A stretch of DNA of 63,690 nucleotides, the filler included, from Nitrospinota bacterium (GTDB lineage: Bacteria; JADFOP01): NCBI GenBank assembly GCA_022562795.1. It is 7 parts of 7 records of this genome, joined end to end, with 100 filler letters (N's around TTAATTAATTAA, not from the genome) between each part and the next. Parts side by side here need not be neighbours in the genome. Positions count along the whole stretch, not along the records: positions 1 to 10,360 come from JADFOP010000056.1; positions 10,461 to 20,565 come from JADFOP010000057.1; 5 more parts are not named here. One strand, 5' to 3'. Shown here piece after piece: positions 1 through 10,956 of this stretch. The notes beneath the pieces are model-generated. The model did no database searches. It saw only the letters and a list, made by a program, of their open reading frames with translations, and was not told the DNA's origin. A program made the position numbers and the translations under genes. Position 1 is the stretch's first letter, and each line of letters begins with the position of its first letter.

Positions 1-498
1 TCAATAGATGGGATCAATAGTTATGATCCAGTTCTAGATGATGATATTCCGTATATTGGCGAAACCAATGAATTCGTTGTGCAGACGACTGTCAATATCC
101 ACAATCCCACAGAGGGGACCGTGCGGTTCAACAAAAAGGTGGTGATAGTGGAACCTCAGCACGCCAACTCCAATACGGAAGTGTCAGCTAAAGACGGTAT
201 AACATTGGGCGCCAACAAGGCCCACAGCATCGATTGTTTAGACATTGTGAATATCCTGACAGTTGATCAAGGTGATCCTGTGATTCATCCCGAGGATTTC
301 GATGTTGAGCGGGTCTTTGAGGGATGGGTCGTCATCGAAAGCGAAAAAGGCAAAAGGATTCCGGACCTGGCCGTCTGTGCCAATTATTTCGCCGCGGTGT
401 GGGATGACACCAATGATGAGGGTGGAGGGGTTTCCGTAGAAACGGTGTGCTACGATCCTATCAGGGTGAGGTTCAGGGGGAAATTCGTGCTCGAGTAG
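1..498 (+). CDS. Hypothetical protein, 5'-truncated; tandem paralog of 559..1194
   Basis: Frame is open from base 1 (SIDGINSYD...IPYIGETNEFVVQTTVNIHNP). It shares TTVNIHNPT, KKVVIVEPQH, IDC.DI and EGWVVIESEKGKRIPDLAVCANYFAAVWD with the next ORF. Confidence 0.8.
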   Translation, partial: SIDGINSYDPVLDDDIPYIGETNEFVVQTTVNIHNPTEGTVRFNKKVVIVEPQHANSNTEVSAKDGITLGANKAHSIDCLDIVNILTVDQGDPVIHPEDFDVERVFEGWVVIESEKGKRIPDLAVCANYFAAVWDDTNDEGGGVSVETVCYDPIRVRFRGKFVLE

Positions 499-558
499 AG
501 GAATCAAGGACCATTTGTAGGACGCCAAGGCGCCACACCAGAGAGAGGAGAGAATACG

Positions 559-1194
559 ATGAGATTCATGGAATGGTCGAAGACCAATTTCCCGGCCAGG
601 TTCGCGGTGCTCGCCCTGGTGGGCGCGTTCGTCGCCTCGCTGGGGGTCGTCGCCTTGCCCTCCGAGGCGGAGGCCGGGAGAAGGAATGTCTGGAGCGTGA
701 AGTTTAAGTGTTCACAGGATGATGGCAATACTAACTTTGACGAACTTGTCGATCTTCCGTATATTGACGAAACGAATGAATTCGTTGTGTTTACGACTGT
801 CAATATCCACAATCCCACCGACCGAACCGTGGATTTCAACAAGAAGGTGGTGATAGTGGAACCTCAGCACGTCAACTCCACTACGAAAGTGTCAGATAAG
901 GACGGTATAACATTGGGCGCCAACAAGGCCCACAACATCGATTGTAAGGACATTCATAAATTGTTTAAAGATTCTACCATCGATCCCGACAATTTCGAGG
1001 TTGAGGAGGTCTATGAGGGCTGGGTCGTCATCGAATCTGAAAAAGGCAAGAGGATTCCGGACCTGGCCGTCTGTGCCAATTATTTCGCCGCGGTGTGGGA
1101 TACCTCCACTGATAAGGGTGGAGGGACCTCGGCACAAACGCTGTGCTATAAGCCCATCAGGGTGAGGTTCACGGGGGATTTCAAGCTCTTTTAA
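559..1194 (+). CDS. Secreted hypothetical protein (VKFKC / NIHNP / IDC.DI motifs)
   Basis: AGGAG RBS upstream; N-terminal hydrophobic signal peptide ending AEA; strongly similar to the upstream paralog. Confidence 0.85.
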   Translation: MRFMEWSKTNFPARFAVLALVGAFVASLGVVALPSEAEAGRRNVWSVKFKCSQDDGNTNFDELVDLPYIDETNEFVVFTTVNIHNPTDRTVDFNKKVVIVEPQHVNSTTKVSDKDGITLGANKAHNIDCKDIHKLFKDSTIDPDNFEVEEVYEGWVVIESEKGKRIPDLAVCANYFAAVWDTSTDKGGGTSAQTLCYKPIRVRFTGDFKLF

Positions 1195-1267
1195 GCAGTA
1201 ATTGAGGAGCCCTTGTAGGACGCCAAGGGGTCGCGGGTGAGCGGCCCCCTGGCCCCGACACCTTATT

Positions 1268-1638
1268 AGGCCGGACACCCACAAGGGGCGTCCCTACAAT
1301 AGGGCCGAGGATTTCCCCTCTAACCCCTGGACCAGGGGCTCAATCTCTTCATTGCTCAAAAGACCGTGTAGGGACAGCCTTCATGGCTGTCCGGCCTTTT
1401 AGCCTTTCGGACAGGGATAAACCCTGTCCCTACAAAAATCAAAAAAAACGCCCTCGATTCGGGAAGTAAAGGAAATACGGGAAGTACGTGACGACAGGCG
1501 CGCCTGTTTTTTGATGTTATCCGCCTGAGGCGGATTTAGGCTGTCCGTGTTTTCTTTGCGGACAGGGAGTCCGCCTGAGGCGGAGCCGGCCCGACTACCC
1601 CGTTTTATGCGGACAGGGAGTCCGCCTGAGGCGGAGCC
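1268..1638. repeat. Cluster of REP-like palindromes (GTAGGGAC.../...GTCCCTAC and TCCGCCTGAGGCGGA)
   Basis: Inverted GTAGGGACAG/CTGTCCCTAC arms; three TCCGCCTGAGGCGGA palindromes; 31-bp direct repeat at 1557-1587 and 1608-1638. Related copies occur near 40024-40130 and 46910-47370. Confidence 0.7.
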
Positions 1639-2176
1639 CCCCCCGGTTGAGGGCGGCTGCCAGCCGGGCGGCGAGCTTTTCAGGAAGCCCGTCTCGGTTG
1701 GCCGGCGTCACCTCGATGAGGGTGACGGCCGGGTGGGTCTTGAGCCGCCGGACGAAGGGAGGGTTTCCCACCATGACGGTGCCCACCAGTGGGGCGGGCC
1801 CCTCCACGGTCTGGGTGAGAAGCGCCTTGAACGCCTCCGAGAAGAGCTCCATCTTGCCGATCTCGTCTACGATCAGAAGAGCGCCGGAGGCCAGCCCCGC
1901 CTCCAAGGCTGGGATGGCCACCGCCTCGAAGCTCTCCAGCTCCACGCCGTATCGCCCGACCCGCCAGGGGCTCGGAATCTCGAGCCGTGCCAGGGTGCCG
2001 CGACGGCCGTCGAGGCTCTCGACGTCGAAGCCCACCCGCCTCCCGTCCCGGCGCACCTCGCGGGTGAAGAAGCCCGCCGCCGGGACATCGAGCCTTTCTA
2101 AGAGCCTCTCGATACAGGTGGTTTTACCCACCCGCGGCGGGCCCGTGAGCAGGAGCTTCGGGGGAGGGTCTTCCAT
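1595..2176 (-). CDS. NTPase_1 / THEP1-family nucleoside triphosphatase
   Basis: LLTGPPRVGKTT Walker A, GFFTREVR..G.RVGF, VGRYGV and LIVDEIGKME Walker B. Confidence 0.9.
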   Translation of the reverse strand: MEDPPPKLLLTGPPRVGKTTCIERLLERLDVPAAGFFTREVRRDGRRVGFDVESLDGRRGTLARLEIPSPWRVGRYGVELESFEAVAIPALEAGLASGALLIVDEIGKMELFSEAFKALLTQTVEGPAPLVGTVMVGNPPFVRRLKTHPAVTLIEVTPANRDGLPEKLAARLAAALNRGGLRLRRTPCPHKTG

Positions 2177-2194
2177 GGGGGCCTTCGGCTCCCG

Positions 2195-2350
2195 TCACTC
2201 CCGCTTTTCCCTAAGCTCCGCCCCCGATGGAGCCTCGTCCAGGGGCAGAGTTCGGGGCGGGTTCTTCCTGAACTCGCGGCGACTCTCCTTGCCGCTCCTG
2301 CGGTGCTTGTTTCTTCGGCGCCGCTTGGTCCTCTGAGACGGAGTAGCCAT
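2195..2350 (-). CDS. Small basic hypothetical protein (51 aa), absent from the ORF track
   Basis: Manual translation MATPSQRTKRRRRNKHRRSGKESRREFRKNPPRTLPLDEAPSGAELREKRE*; GGGAG RBS upstream; co-oriented in the operon gap. Confidence 0.55.
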   Translation of the reverse strand: MATPSQRTKRRRRNKHRRSGKESRREFRKNPPRTLPLDEAPSGAELREKRE

Positions 2351-2478
2351 GGGACGCTCCCTATCTTCGTTTCATGTGACCTGTCGCGAGCCGGGCCTCC
2401 GAAGTCCTACCGAAGGGAACTCACTATCCGTGAATTTCCGCGATTTTCCGCGATTTTCCGAATATCTCTGTAGCGGGC

Positions 2479-3273
2479 TCATTTTCCGCGAAATTCCGCC
2501 TTTCGTTTTTCAAGGAAGGCTTCGGTGCCCTCGACGATGTCCTCGGTGCCGCAAAGAAGCCCGAAGCTGTTTGCCTCGAGGTCCAGCCCCTGCTCCAGGG
2601 TCAAGTCGCCGGCCTGACGGACGCACTCGATTATCACCTTCAACGCCAGAGGGGACTTAGCCGCGAGGGCGGAGGCGACCGCGCGGACGGTGGGCATCAG
2701 CTCCTCGGCCGCAACCACCTGATTCACAATCCCCAGGCGGAGAGCCTCGCTGGCGTCGAACATCTCTCCCAAGAGCAGATGCTCCAAAGCCTTCCTCGCC
2801 CCTGCGAGGCGGGTCAATTGCTGGGTTCCACCCCAGCAGGGGTTGAAGCCGAGGTTGACCTCCGGCTGGCCGAACTGGGCCCCCTCGGCCGCGTAGCCAA
2901 GGGTGCAGGCGTAGAGCAACTCGCACCCGGCGCCGAGGCAGTATCCGTTGACGGCGGCGATGACGGGCTTTCCGAGCCCCATGACGAGGTTGATCAGAGG
3001 TCGGCCCCTCATCGGCAGGGCGTCTCGGCCTTCCAGCGCTCCGCCCTTTACTATCTCATTGATCTCGGTTACGTCTGCCCCAGCGATGAAGGCCTTCTTG
3101 CCCGCGCCGGTTAGGATGACGACCCGCACCTCCTCATCGGCCCGAGCATCCAAGAATGCCTCCTCCATCTCCAATACAGATGCGCGATTGAGGGCATTAA
3201 AGACACGAGGGCGATTGACGGTGATGGTGGCGATTCCCTCTTCCAACTCATAGAGGAGATTCTCATAGGCCAT
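2479..3273 (-). CDS. Enoyl-CoA hydratase/isomerase (crotonase family)
   Basis: AFIAGAD, KPVIAAVNGYCLGAGCEL, FGQPEVNLG and C-terminal EGTEAFLEKR. Confidence 0.92.
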   Translation of the reverse strand: MAYENLLYELEEGIATITVNRPRVFNALNRASVLEMEEAFLDARADEEVRVVILTGAGKKAFIAGADVTEINEIVKGGALEGRDALPMRGRPLINLVMGLGKPVIAAVNGYCLGAGCELLYACTLGYAAEGAQFGQPEVNLGFNPCWGGTQQLTRLAGARKALEHLLLGEMFDASEALRLGIVNQVVAAEELMPTVRAVASALAAKSPLALKVIIECVRQAGDLTLEQGLDLEANSFGLLCGTEDIVEGTEAFLEKRKAEFRGK

Positions 3274-3304
3274 GCCGGTCTCCTTTCGTCTACAGCTGGC
3301 CGCC

Positions 3305-4306
3305 TCAGCGAGTATCGCGGGAGGTGCCGCCGGTTCTCTCCATCATGGCCTTGGCCAATGCCTCCAGGACCCTGGCCTTGGCCTCCGCCAGGGAGCCCTC
3401 GAGGCTGCAGCCCGCCGCCTTCGTGTGGCCGCCGCCGCCGAAGAGCCCCGCAACCGCATCGACCTCGCAAGGGCCCTTGGAGCGAAGGCTCACCCTGACC
3501 AAACCAGGCCGCTCCTCCTTGAAGAGGCAGGCCACCTCGGCGCCCTTGACGCTAATGGCGGCATCGACAAAGCTCCCCGTATCAAGGGGAGGGTCGGGAT
3601 GGTCGGCGTAGAGCACATTGGGAACCATCATGAAGCTGACCCGCCCGTCGAGGTGGAGCTCCAAGGCCTCCAGGCAGCGGCCCATGGTCCTAAGACTCTC
3701 TACAGGGCGCTCGTAATAAATGGCTCGGCTTACGTTATGAGGGTCGACCCCGAGCTTAAGCATCTCGGCGGCGATAGCCACCGCCTTGGGCGAGGTGTTG
3801 GAGAAGCTGAACCGCCCCGTATCAAAGAAAATTCCGGTATAGATGAGGGTCGCCATATCCCGGTCGATTGTCAAGCCGAGATGCCGAACTACATCGTATA
3901 TGAGCTCAACCGTGGAGCTCGCTCCTTGATCGACGCAGACGGCGCCGCCGAACCCCGTGTTGGAGGGGTGATGATCGATGTTTGCCACCCGCTCAAGAGG
4001 GGGTAGGGAGTCCTCGATCGGCCCAAGCCTCTCTAAGCTAGGCACATCCACCACCACTGCCGCCTCCGCAGAGAGGCCGGCCTCCAGGGAGGAAGGGCCC
4101 TCGACGTCCCCGATCCCCGGAAGGAAGCTGTAGGTGGGGTCGGGCGAAGCATCCGGGATTACGATTCTACACGGACGGCCGAGCTGCCGACAGCAAGCTT
4201 GGACTGCCAAGACCGAAGCCAGGGCGTCCCCGTCAGCGTTGGAGTGGGTGGTGGCGAAGAACGACGTGTGGGTGCGAAGAAAGGTTGCGACCGCCGCGAT
4301 TCCCAT
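3305..4306 (-). CDS. nrnA: DHH/DHHA1 phosphoesterase (NrnA-like nanoRNase/pAp phosphatase)
   Basis: H..ADGDA, NIDHH, DTGRF, SLRS and GGGGHTKAAG motifs. Confidence 0.88.
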   Translation of the reverse strand: MGIAAVATFLRTHTSFFATTHSNADGDALASVLAVQACCRQLGRPCRIVIPDASPDPTYSFLPGIGDVEGPSSLEAGLSAEAAVVVDVPSLERLGPIEDSLPPLERVANIDHHPSNTGFGGAVCVDQGASSTVELIYDVVRHLGLTIDRDMATLIYTGIFFDTGRFSFSNTSPKAVAIAAEMLKLGVDPHNVSRAIYYERPVESLRTMGRCLEALELHLDGRVSFMMVPNVLYADHPDPPLDTGSFVDAAISVKGAEVACLFKEERPGLVRVSLRSKGPCEVDAVAGLFGGGGHTKAAGCSLEGSLAEAKARVLEALAKAMMERTGGTSRDTR

Positions 4307-4329
4307 CCCCCTCGGTCAGACCTCCAGGG

Positions 4330-4566
4330 TCAGCGCCGCGCCCGTCGGCGGAGAGTTCCTTGGCGAGCGGCCAGAATGGGAGCGAGGTAGACGACGTTAT
4401 CTTTCCTGCCCAGCCGGGGCATGGGGCTGAAATGCTCGATGGTGAGGTCACCGTAATGACCGTTCCAGCAGCGATATGAATGCACCTTGTAGGCAAACGG
4501 GTCGAGGGTCACCTCGAAGAAAATGGGCGCTTGGCATCGTTCGCAGTAGCCGTATATGTGAGCCAT
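4330..4566 (-). CDS. Small putative zinc-binding protein
   Basis: 78 aa with CERC and CWNGH; fills the gap in a co-directional run of genes. Confidence 0.6.
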   Translation of the reverse strand: MAHIYGYCERCQAPIFFEVTLDPFAYKVHSYRCWNGHYGDLTIEHFSPMPRLGRKDNVVYLAPILAARQGTLRRRARR

Positions 4567-4599
4567 TCAACGAAACCCTCTATCGCGTACGTAGGCGGG

Positions 4600-5286
4600 T
4601 CAGTACCGTATAATAAAAGTTGCCAGCCCCCGGTCATCTTCGAGACGCCCTGCGGCGACCTCAGCTTCCCTGAGCGTCGGGTACGGTCCCACCCGGACCC
4701 TGTAGAACCGGCCCTTAGGGCTTACCCAGGGCTGAATAATGACGTCCGGGTACTCGCGCTGGAGCCGGTCCTGGAGTCGGCGGGCGTTGGTAAAGCTGGC
4801 GAACGACCCAGCCTGCACCCGGTATTTGGTCTCCCCCCTGACCATATCGCCCCAAAGGAGCACCTTCAGGGACACCAGGGCTGTGCCGGCCTCCTCCATG
4901 TCAACCTTCCGGGCTGCGTCACGGGAAAGGTCGATGATGCGACCCTTGACGAATGGCCCCCGGTCGTTTATCTCCACCACGGCTTGGCGACCGTTGTCGA
5001 GATTCCTCACCTCCACCATAGTGCCAAAGGGCAGGGTGCGATGAGCCGCCGTAAGGTCGTTCATATCGTATATGGCTCCACTCGCCGTAGGCTTGCCATG
5101 GAAGTCTTCCCCATACCAGGAAGCTATGCCCGACAGGGCGTGTCCCGACCGCTCATAGGAGCTCGGTGCCCTCGCCCTACAACCCCAAGCCAACGCAATC
5201 AAAGCTATGCACACCACCAGGGCCCCTAGGCGTCGTCCTGCTTGAAGAGGCACCCTCATGGATGGACATCGTTTGAGGGGTTCCAT
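4600..5286 (-). CDS. rlpA: Septal ring lytic transglycosylase RlpA with SPOR domain
   Basis: GIASWYG..FHG..TASG, TAAHRTLPFGT, INDRGPF...RIIDLS; C-terminal SPOR (YRVQAGSF...YRVRVGPY); lipobox-like AWGC. Confidence 0.93.
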   Translation of the reverse strand: MEPLKRCPSMRVPLQAGRRLGALVVCIALIALAWGCRARAPSSYERSGHALSGIASWYGEDFHGKPTASGAIYDMNDLTAAHRTLPFGTMVEVRNLDNGRQAVVEINDRGPFVKGRIIDLSRDAARKVDMEEAGTALVSLKVLLWGDMVRGETKYRVQAGSFASFTNARRLQDRLQREYPDVIIQPWVSPKGRFYRVRVGPYPTLREAEVAAGRLEDDRGLATFIIRY

Positions 5287-5293
5287 GGTCGGG

Positions 5294-6187
5294 TTAGCGG
5301 CTCGTCAGGCTGTTATAGATGGCCAACTCCCGTTCGGCCTCCTCTTTCATCCCCTTTTTCTCGTAGATGACGCCCAAGTTATAGTGGGCCCGAGCTTCAT
5401 TGGGATTGAGCTCGATGGCTTTTTTGAACTCGGCGATGGCCTCGTCGAGCATCCCTTTCTCGTCGAAAATGTAGCCCAGCCCGTAGTGGGCCTTGGTGTC
5501 TTGGGGGTTAAGTTTCACCGCTTCGATGAACGCTTTCATGGCCTTGTCTGTATCGTTACGTTCGTTGTAAACAAACCCAAGGGCGTAGTGGGCTCTACCG
5601 TTAGTCTGGTCGAGCTCAATGGCCCGGCGAAACTGCGCCTCGGCCTCTTGGAACTTCCCCTGACGAGAGAACTTAATGCCATCTCGCAGGGCTCTCTTGC
5701 TCGCTTCAGGGTCTACAGGTGTCTTAGGCACCGCCGCAACCTCGCGCCTCTCGGGGGGGGCTCGCCAGGCGGCCGGTGGAGGCGTGGCGGGCTCTGAACT
5801 AAAGGGCGACGCCGACATCTGGCGCCTCTCGGGGGGGGCTCGCCAGGCGGCCGGCGGAGCCGCGGCAGGCTGTTGCCTATAGGGAGGTGGAACCACGACG
5901 CCGACCCGCATCGCGCTAAGCTCTTCATTTAAGGCGGCGACCTGTTGCTGGAGCTTATCTCGTTGCCGCTCTAAATCCGCCTGATCCTGCTCCTGCTTCA
6001 TCTGTTCGCTTTCCAGACGTTGGACCTGTTTTGACAGCCGCGTGAGGGTAAAGGCTGTAGTCGTCTCGGTCGGCCGGGGCTCCGACTTGAACTTCGGGCC
6101 CCCTTCATCAAGGGCCCTCCCAACAGCTTGGCATCCCGCCAGCAGCGCCAAGCACCCTACGACGGCGAGCCATCGAGCGGGTCTCAT
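5294..6187 (-). CDS. TPR-repeat lipoprotein with coiled coil and Pro/Ala linker
   Basis: Start chosen at MRPARWLAVVGCLALLAGC (lipobox); about four TPRs (AHYALG, AHYGLG, AHYNLG). Confidence 0.85.
   Translation of the reverse strand: MRPARWLAVVGCLALLAGCQAVGRALDEGGPKFKSEPRPTETTTAFTLTRLSKQVQRLESEQMKQEQDQADLERQRDKLQQQVAALNEELSAMRVGVVVPPPYRQQPAAAPPAAWRAPPERRQMSASPFSSEPATPPPAAWRAPPERREVAAVPKTPVDPEASKRALRDGIKFSRQGKFQEAEAQFRRAIELDQTNGRAHYALGFVYNERNDTDKAMKAFIEAVKLNPQDTKAHYGLGYIFDEKGMLDEAIAEFKKAIELNPNEARAHYNLGVIYEKKGMKEEAERELAIYNSLTSR
5744..5854. repeat. 33-bp intragenic direct repeat (encodes PAAWRAPPERR twice)
   Basis: GCGCCTCTCGGGGGGGGCTCGCCAGGCGGCCGG at 5744-5776 and 5822-5854. Confidence 0.85.
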
Positions 6188-6268
6188 TATCTTTTTCCTC
6201 TCAGTCCTCGGGGTCGCTGGCTCCGGATTCAGCATGCCTCCAGCTCTTCTTGTTCTCACCCTCTGAAC

Positions 6269-8368
<2,100 letters not shown>

Positions 8369-8373
8369 GAGGG

Positions 8374-8841
8374 TTACCAGCGGTAGTGAGCAAACGCCTT
8401 GTTCGATTCCGCCATCTTGTGGATGTCTTCCTTGCGCTTGAAAGCAGCACCCTGACGGGTCGACGCATCAAGGATCTCGTTGGCGAGTCGCTCGGTCATC
8501 GTGTTCTCGCGCCGCTTGCGGGAAAAGTCGACCAGCCAGCGCACCGCCAGCGTGGTGGAACGGCGGGGCCGCACTTCGACCGGCACCTGATAGGAGGAGC
8601 CACCGACGCGGCGAGAACGCACCTCTACCTCGGGGCGGAGGTTGTCGATCGCCTTCTTGAGGGTCGTCATCGCGTCAGAGCCGCCGCGCTGCTCGACCAT
8701 CTCGAGCGCGCCGTAAACGATCCGCCGCGATATCTCCTTCTTCCCCTTCCAGAGCACCTTGTTGATGACCTGGCTGACGAGGACGCTGCGATATACCGGG
8801 TCGGGCGCAATCTTCTTGACTTCTGCCGGGGCTCTGCGCAT
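8374..8841 (-). CDS. rpsG: 30S ribosomal protein S7
   Basis: True start [17 protein letters not shown] after [23 protein letters not shown]; ends [13 protein letters not shown]. Confidence 0.97.
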   Translation of the reverse strand: MRRAPAEVKKIAPDPVYRSVLVSQVINKVLWKGKKEISRRIVYGALEMVEQRGGSDAMTTLKKAIDNLRPEVEVRSRRVGGSSYQVPVEVRPRRSTTLAVRWLVDFSRKRRENTMTERLANEILDASTRQGAAFKRKEDIHKMAESNKAFAHYRW

Positions 8842-9004
8842 TAGTGCCTCCCTCCATGGCCGTGGGGCGCGCTTCGCCGAGCCATCGGCGTCGCTGGCGC
8901 GGACGCACGACGAAGGCGCATCTCCTGGGATGCGTCGAGGAGGAGGACACCGCGAGCGGGGTCGAGGGCCGGTGAGGCGCCGCCAAAGGTCGTGGTGAGT
9001 GGCA

Positions 9005-9376
9005 CTACTTGTCCTTCTTGGAGCCGTAACGAGAGCGAGCCTGCCTGCGCTCGGATACACCGGCGGCGTCGAGGGTGCCCCGGATGACCTTGTAGCGAAT
9101 ACCCGGGAGGTCCTTCACCCGGCCGCCACGAATCAGCACGATCGAATGCTCCTGGAGGTTGTGGCCTTCGCCGGGGATGAACGCGGTGACTTCAGTGCCC
9201 GAAGAGAGGCGGACGCGACAGACCTTCCGAAGTGCCGAATTCGGCTTCTTCGGGGTGATCGTGTACACCCGGGTACACACCCCGCGACGCTGCGGGGCTC
9301 CTCCGAGGCCCGGCGTCTTATCCTTCTTCGGTTTCCGAGCCCGGCCCTTACGGACCAGCTGCTCAATGGTCGGCAC
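9005..9376 (-). CDS. rpsL: 30S ribosomal protein S12
   Basis: [33 protein letters not shown] and RVKDLPG. Confidence 0.98.
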   Translation of the reverse strand: MPTIEQLVRKGRARKPKKDKTPGLGGAPQRRGVCTRVYTITPKKPNSALRKVCRVRLSSGTEVTAFIPGEGHNLQEHSIVLIRGGRVKDLPGIRYKVIRGTLDAAGVSERRQARSRYGSKKDK

Positions 9377-9955
9377 TCATGCCCTCTCTAACTAGTTGTC
9401 GCGCAGCACAGCCCGAAGGTGCACCGCACATGCGAAAGTCGGCTCCTCGTCCGGCATCCGACTACATCGGAGGCCCGGCGATTCGCCGACCCAATCTGAT
9501 CCCCTTCTCAGGCGAAAAGCCCGGCTTGGATCGTCAGCCGGGCAAGCCCTTCGCGAGAAGGGGCTAGGGGACCGAAGTCACGGTTCTGGAGTATATAGAC
9601 GGCTCTTTCGGGGGTCAAAGCGCGATCGGGAAAGGCGAGAAGGGGTTGATAGAACGGAAACTGTGCCACGGCACTTTGGGGCGTGATGACGCTCGCGGAT
9701 GGTGAGGTGCAATATCGATCACGTCCGACAATCGAAGGTATCCGAGGCGTATTTGGGAGTGCCCAGATAGGACAGATTCGCCAAAACAGGCGGCCTCCCT
9801 GATCATCGTCCTCCAAGCCTCGTCTCAAGCTACCGAGCCGTCCCGATAGCTCGAAGGTCCACTCCAATGAGATCACACTGGGGGATCGCGGGGTGATGTC
9901 ACCGGTTCGGGGACACCGAGCTTCGGAGGGGACTTCTCCGACCAGTCGCCAAGCG

Positions 9956-10354
9956 TCAGTCGATGTCGTCGAGTTCCTCGAAGAGGGTGATCTGAAGACC
10001 AGCCGGGGCTTCCAGCCTTGAGTTGAGCGAACGCCACGGTGTCTCCTTTGGAGATGCAACCAACTCGGCCCCTGCGGCCACCAGCTGGTCCGTTTTCGAT
10101 TCCGCATCGGTGACTTCGAAAGCAACGCGGATACTCCGGCTCACTTCGCGGCCGACCTCAAGTTGGTCGATCAGCCGCCTCTGCGCTGGATTGACGATCT
10201 CAAGCGTTGCCCGACCTGCCTGGAGAGCCATTACCCGGGCGTCCCCTTCGCTCTCGACATAGAACTCCTCCGTGAGACCCAATGCATCCCGGTAGAACGC
10301 CACCGCTTCGTCGAAATCATCGGCTTCAACCACGAGACGCAACTGCCTGACCAC
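9956..10354 (-). CDS. VOC/glyoxalase family protein
   Basis: DFDEAVAFYRDALGL, IRVAFEV.D and TPW.SLNSRL.AP.GLQITLF; the start lies close to the contig end. Confidence 0.85.
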   Translation of the reverse strand: MVRQLRLVVEADDFDEAVAFYRDALGLTEEFYVESEGDARVMALQAGRATLEIVNPAQRRLIDQLEVGREVSRSIRVAFEVTDAESKTDQLVAAGAELVASPKETPWRSLNSRLEAPAGLQITLFEELDDID

Positions 10355-10360
10355 GGGCTC

Positions 10361-10460
10361 NNNNNNNNNNNNNNNNNNNNNNNNNNNNNNNNNNNNNNNN
10401 NNNNTTAATTAATTAANNNNNNNNNNNNNNNNNNNNNNNNNNNNNNNNNNNNNNNNNNNN
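10361..10460. other. Artificial contig linker
   Basis: N-run with central TTAATTAATTAA (stops in all six frames). Confidence 0.98.
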
Positions 10461-10721
10461 CGCGCTTGACCGTGAGATCGAAGGCCCGCCACACTGACCG
10501 ACGGTGAGCTTCAGCAGGCTTGGAACGGCCATGGGCTTTCTCTCGTGGGATTCTCCGCGAGCAAGCTAACTGGGCCTGGCATCACCCCTTTTTATGCAGA
10601 TCAAGCAGCCCCTAGTGTCCCGTCCGATCAATTGGTTGAATCAGTCTGGTCCGCGAGCCGTCGTACGGCCATCCAGCCGACGGCCGGTTGAGGAAAGCGA
10701 ATATCTGTCTTTGGGGATCGA

Positions 10722-10950
10722 TCAGGGAGTCACTTGGTCGCTGACTTCGCTAAGTGCCGGCAGATCCAAGTCTGCGTTGTGCCAGATATCCGCAAGTGCG
10801 GTATAAGTTTCGCGGGATGCGGCCGCATTGCCGGTTCCGGCATTGGCGCGCGCCAGTCCCAGTAGTGACTTAGTGCGCATCAGGGATCGCGAAAGGTGGT
10901 CCTGATAGGCAAGGGATGCTTGGCCAGCTCGGCCGAGCCCGAGAAGAACG
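10722..10950 (-). pseudogene. C-terminal fragment of a TPR-like protein (probably foreign or chimeric contig end)
   Basis: SLLGLARA...YTALADIWHNADLDLPALSE resembles TPR-protein C-termini; no matching N-terminus. Confidence 0.4.
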
Positions 10951-10956
10951 CCTCGG

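Noticed and set aside
1557-1638. Two 31-bp palindromic direct repeats as a mini-CRISPR
   Set aside because: Only two units with a 20-bp gap; they are built from REP-like motifs found scattered elsewhere.
2432-2497. Short (GA)TTTTCCGC repeats near the crotonase stop
   Set aside because: Only two or three 10-bp units; could be chance or slippage.
8842-9060. N-terminal extensions in the ORF track for rpsG (also carA, accC, serA)
   Set aside because: Homology and RBS position indicate downstream starts; the extensions overlap neighbouring genes.
10361-10460. TTAATTAATTAA motif repeated six times through the window
   Set aside because: Artificial linker between contigs; adjacency across these linkers has no biological meaning.
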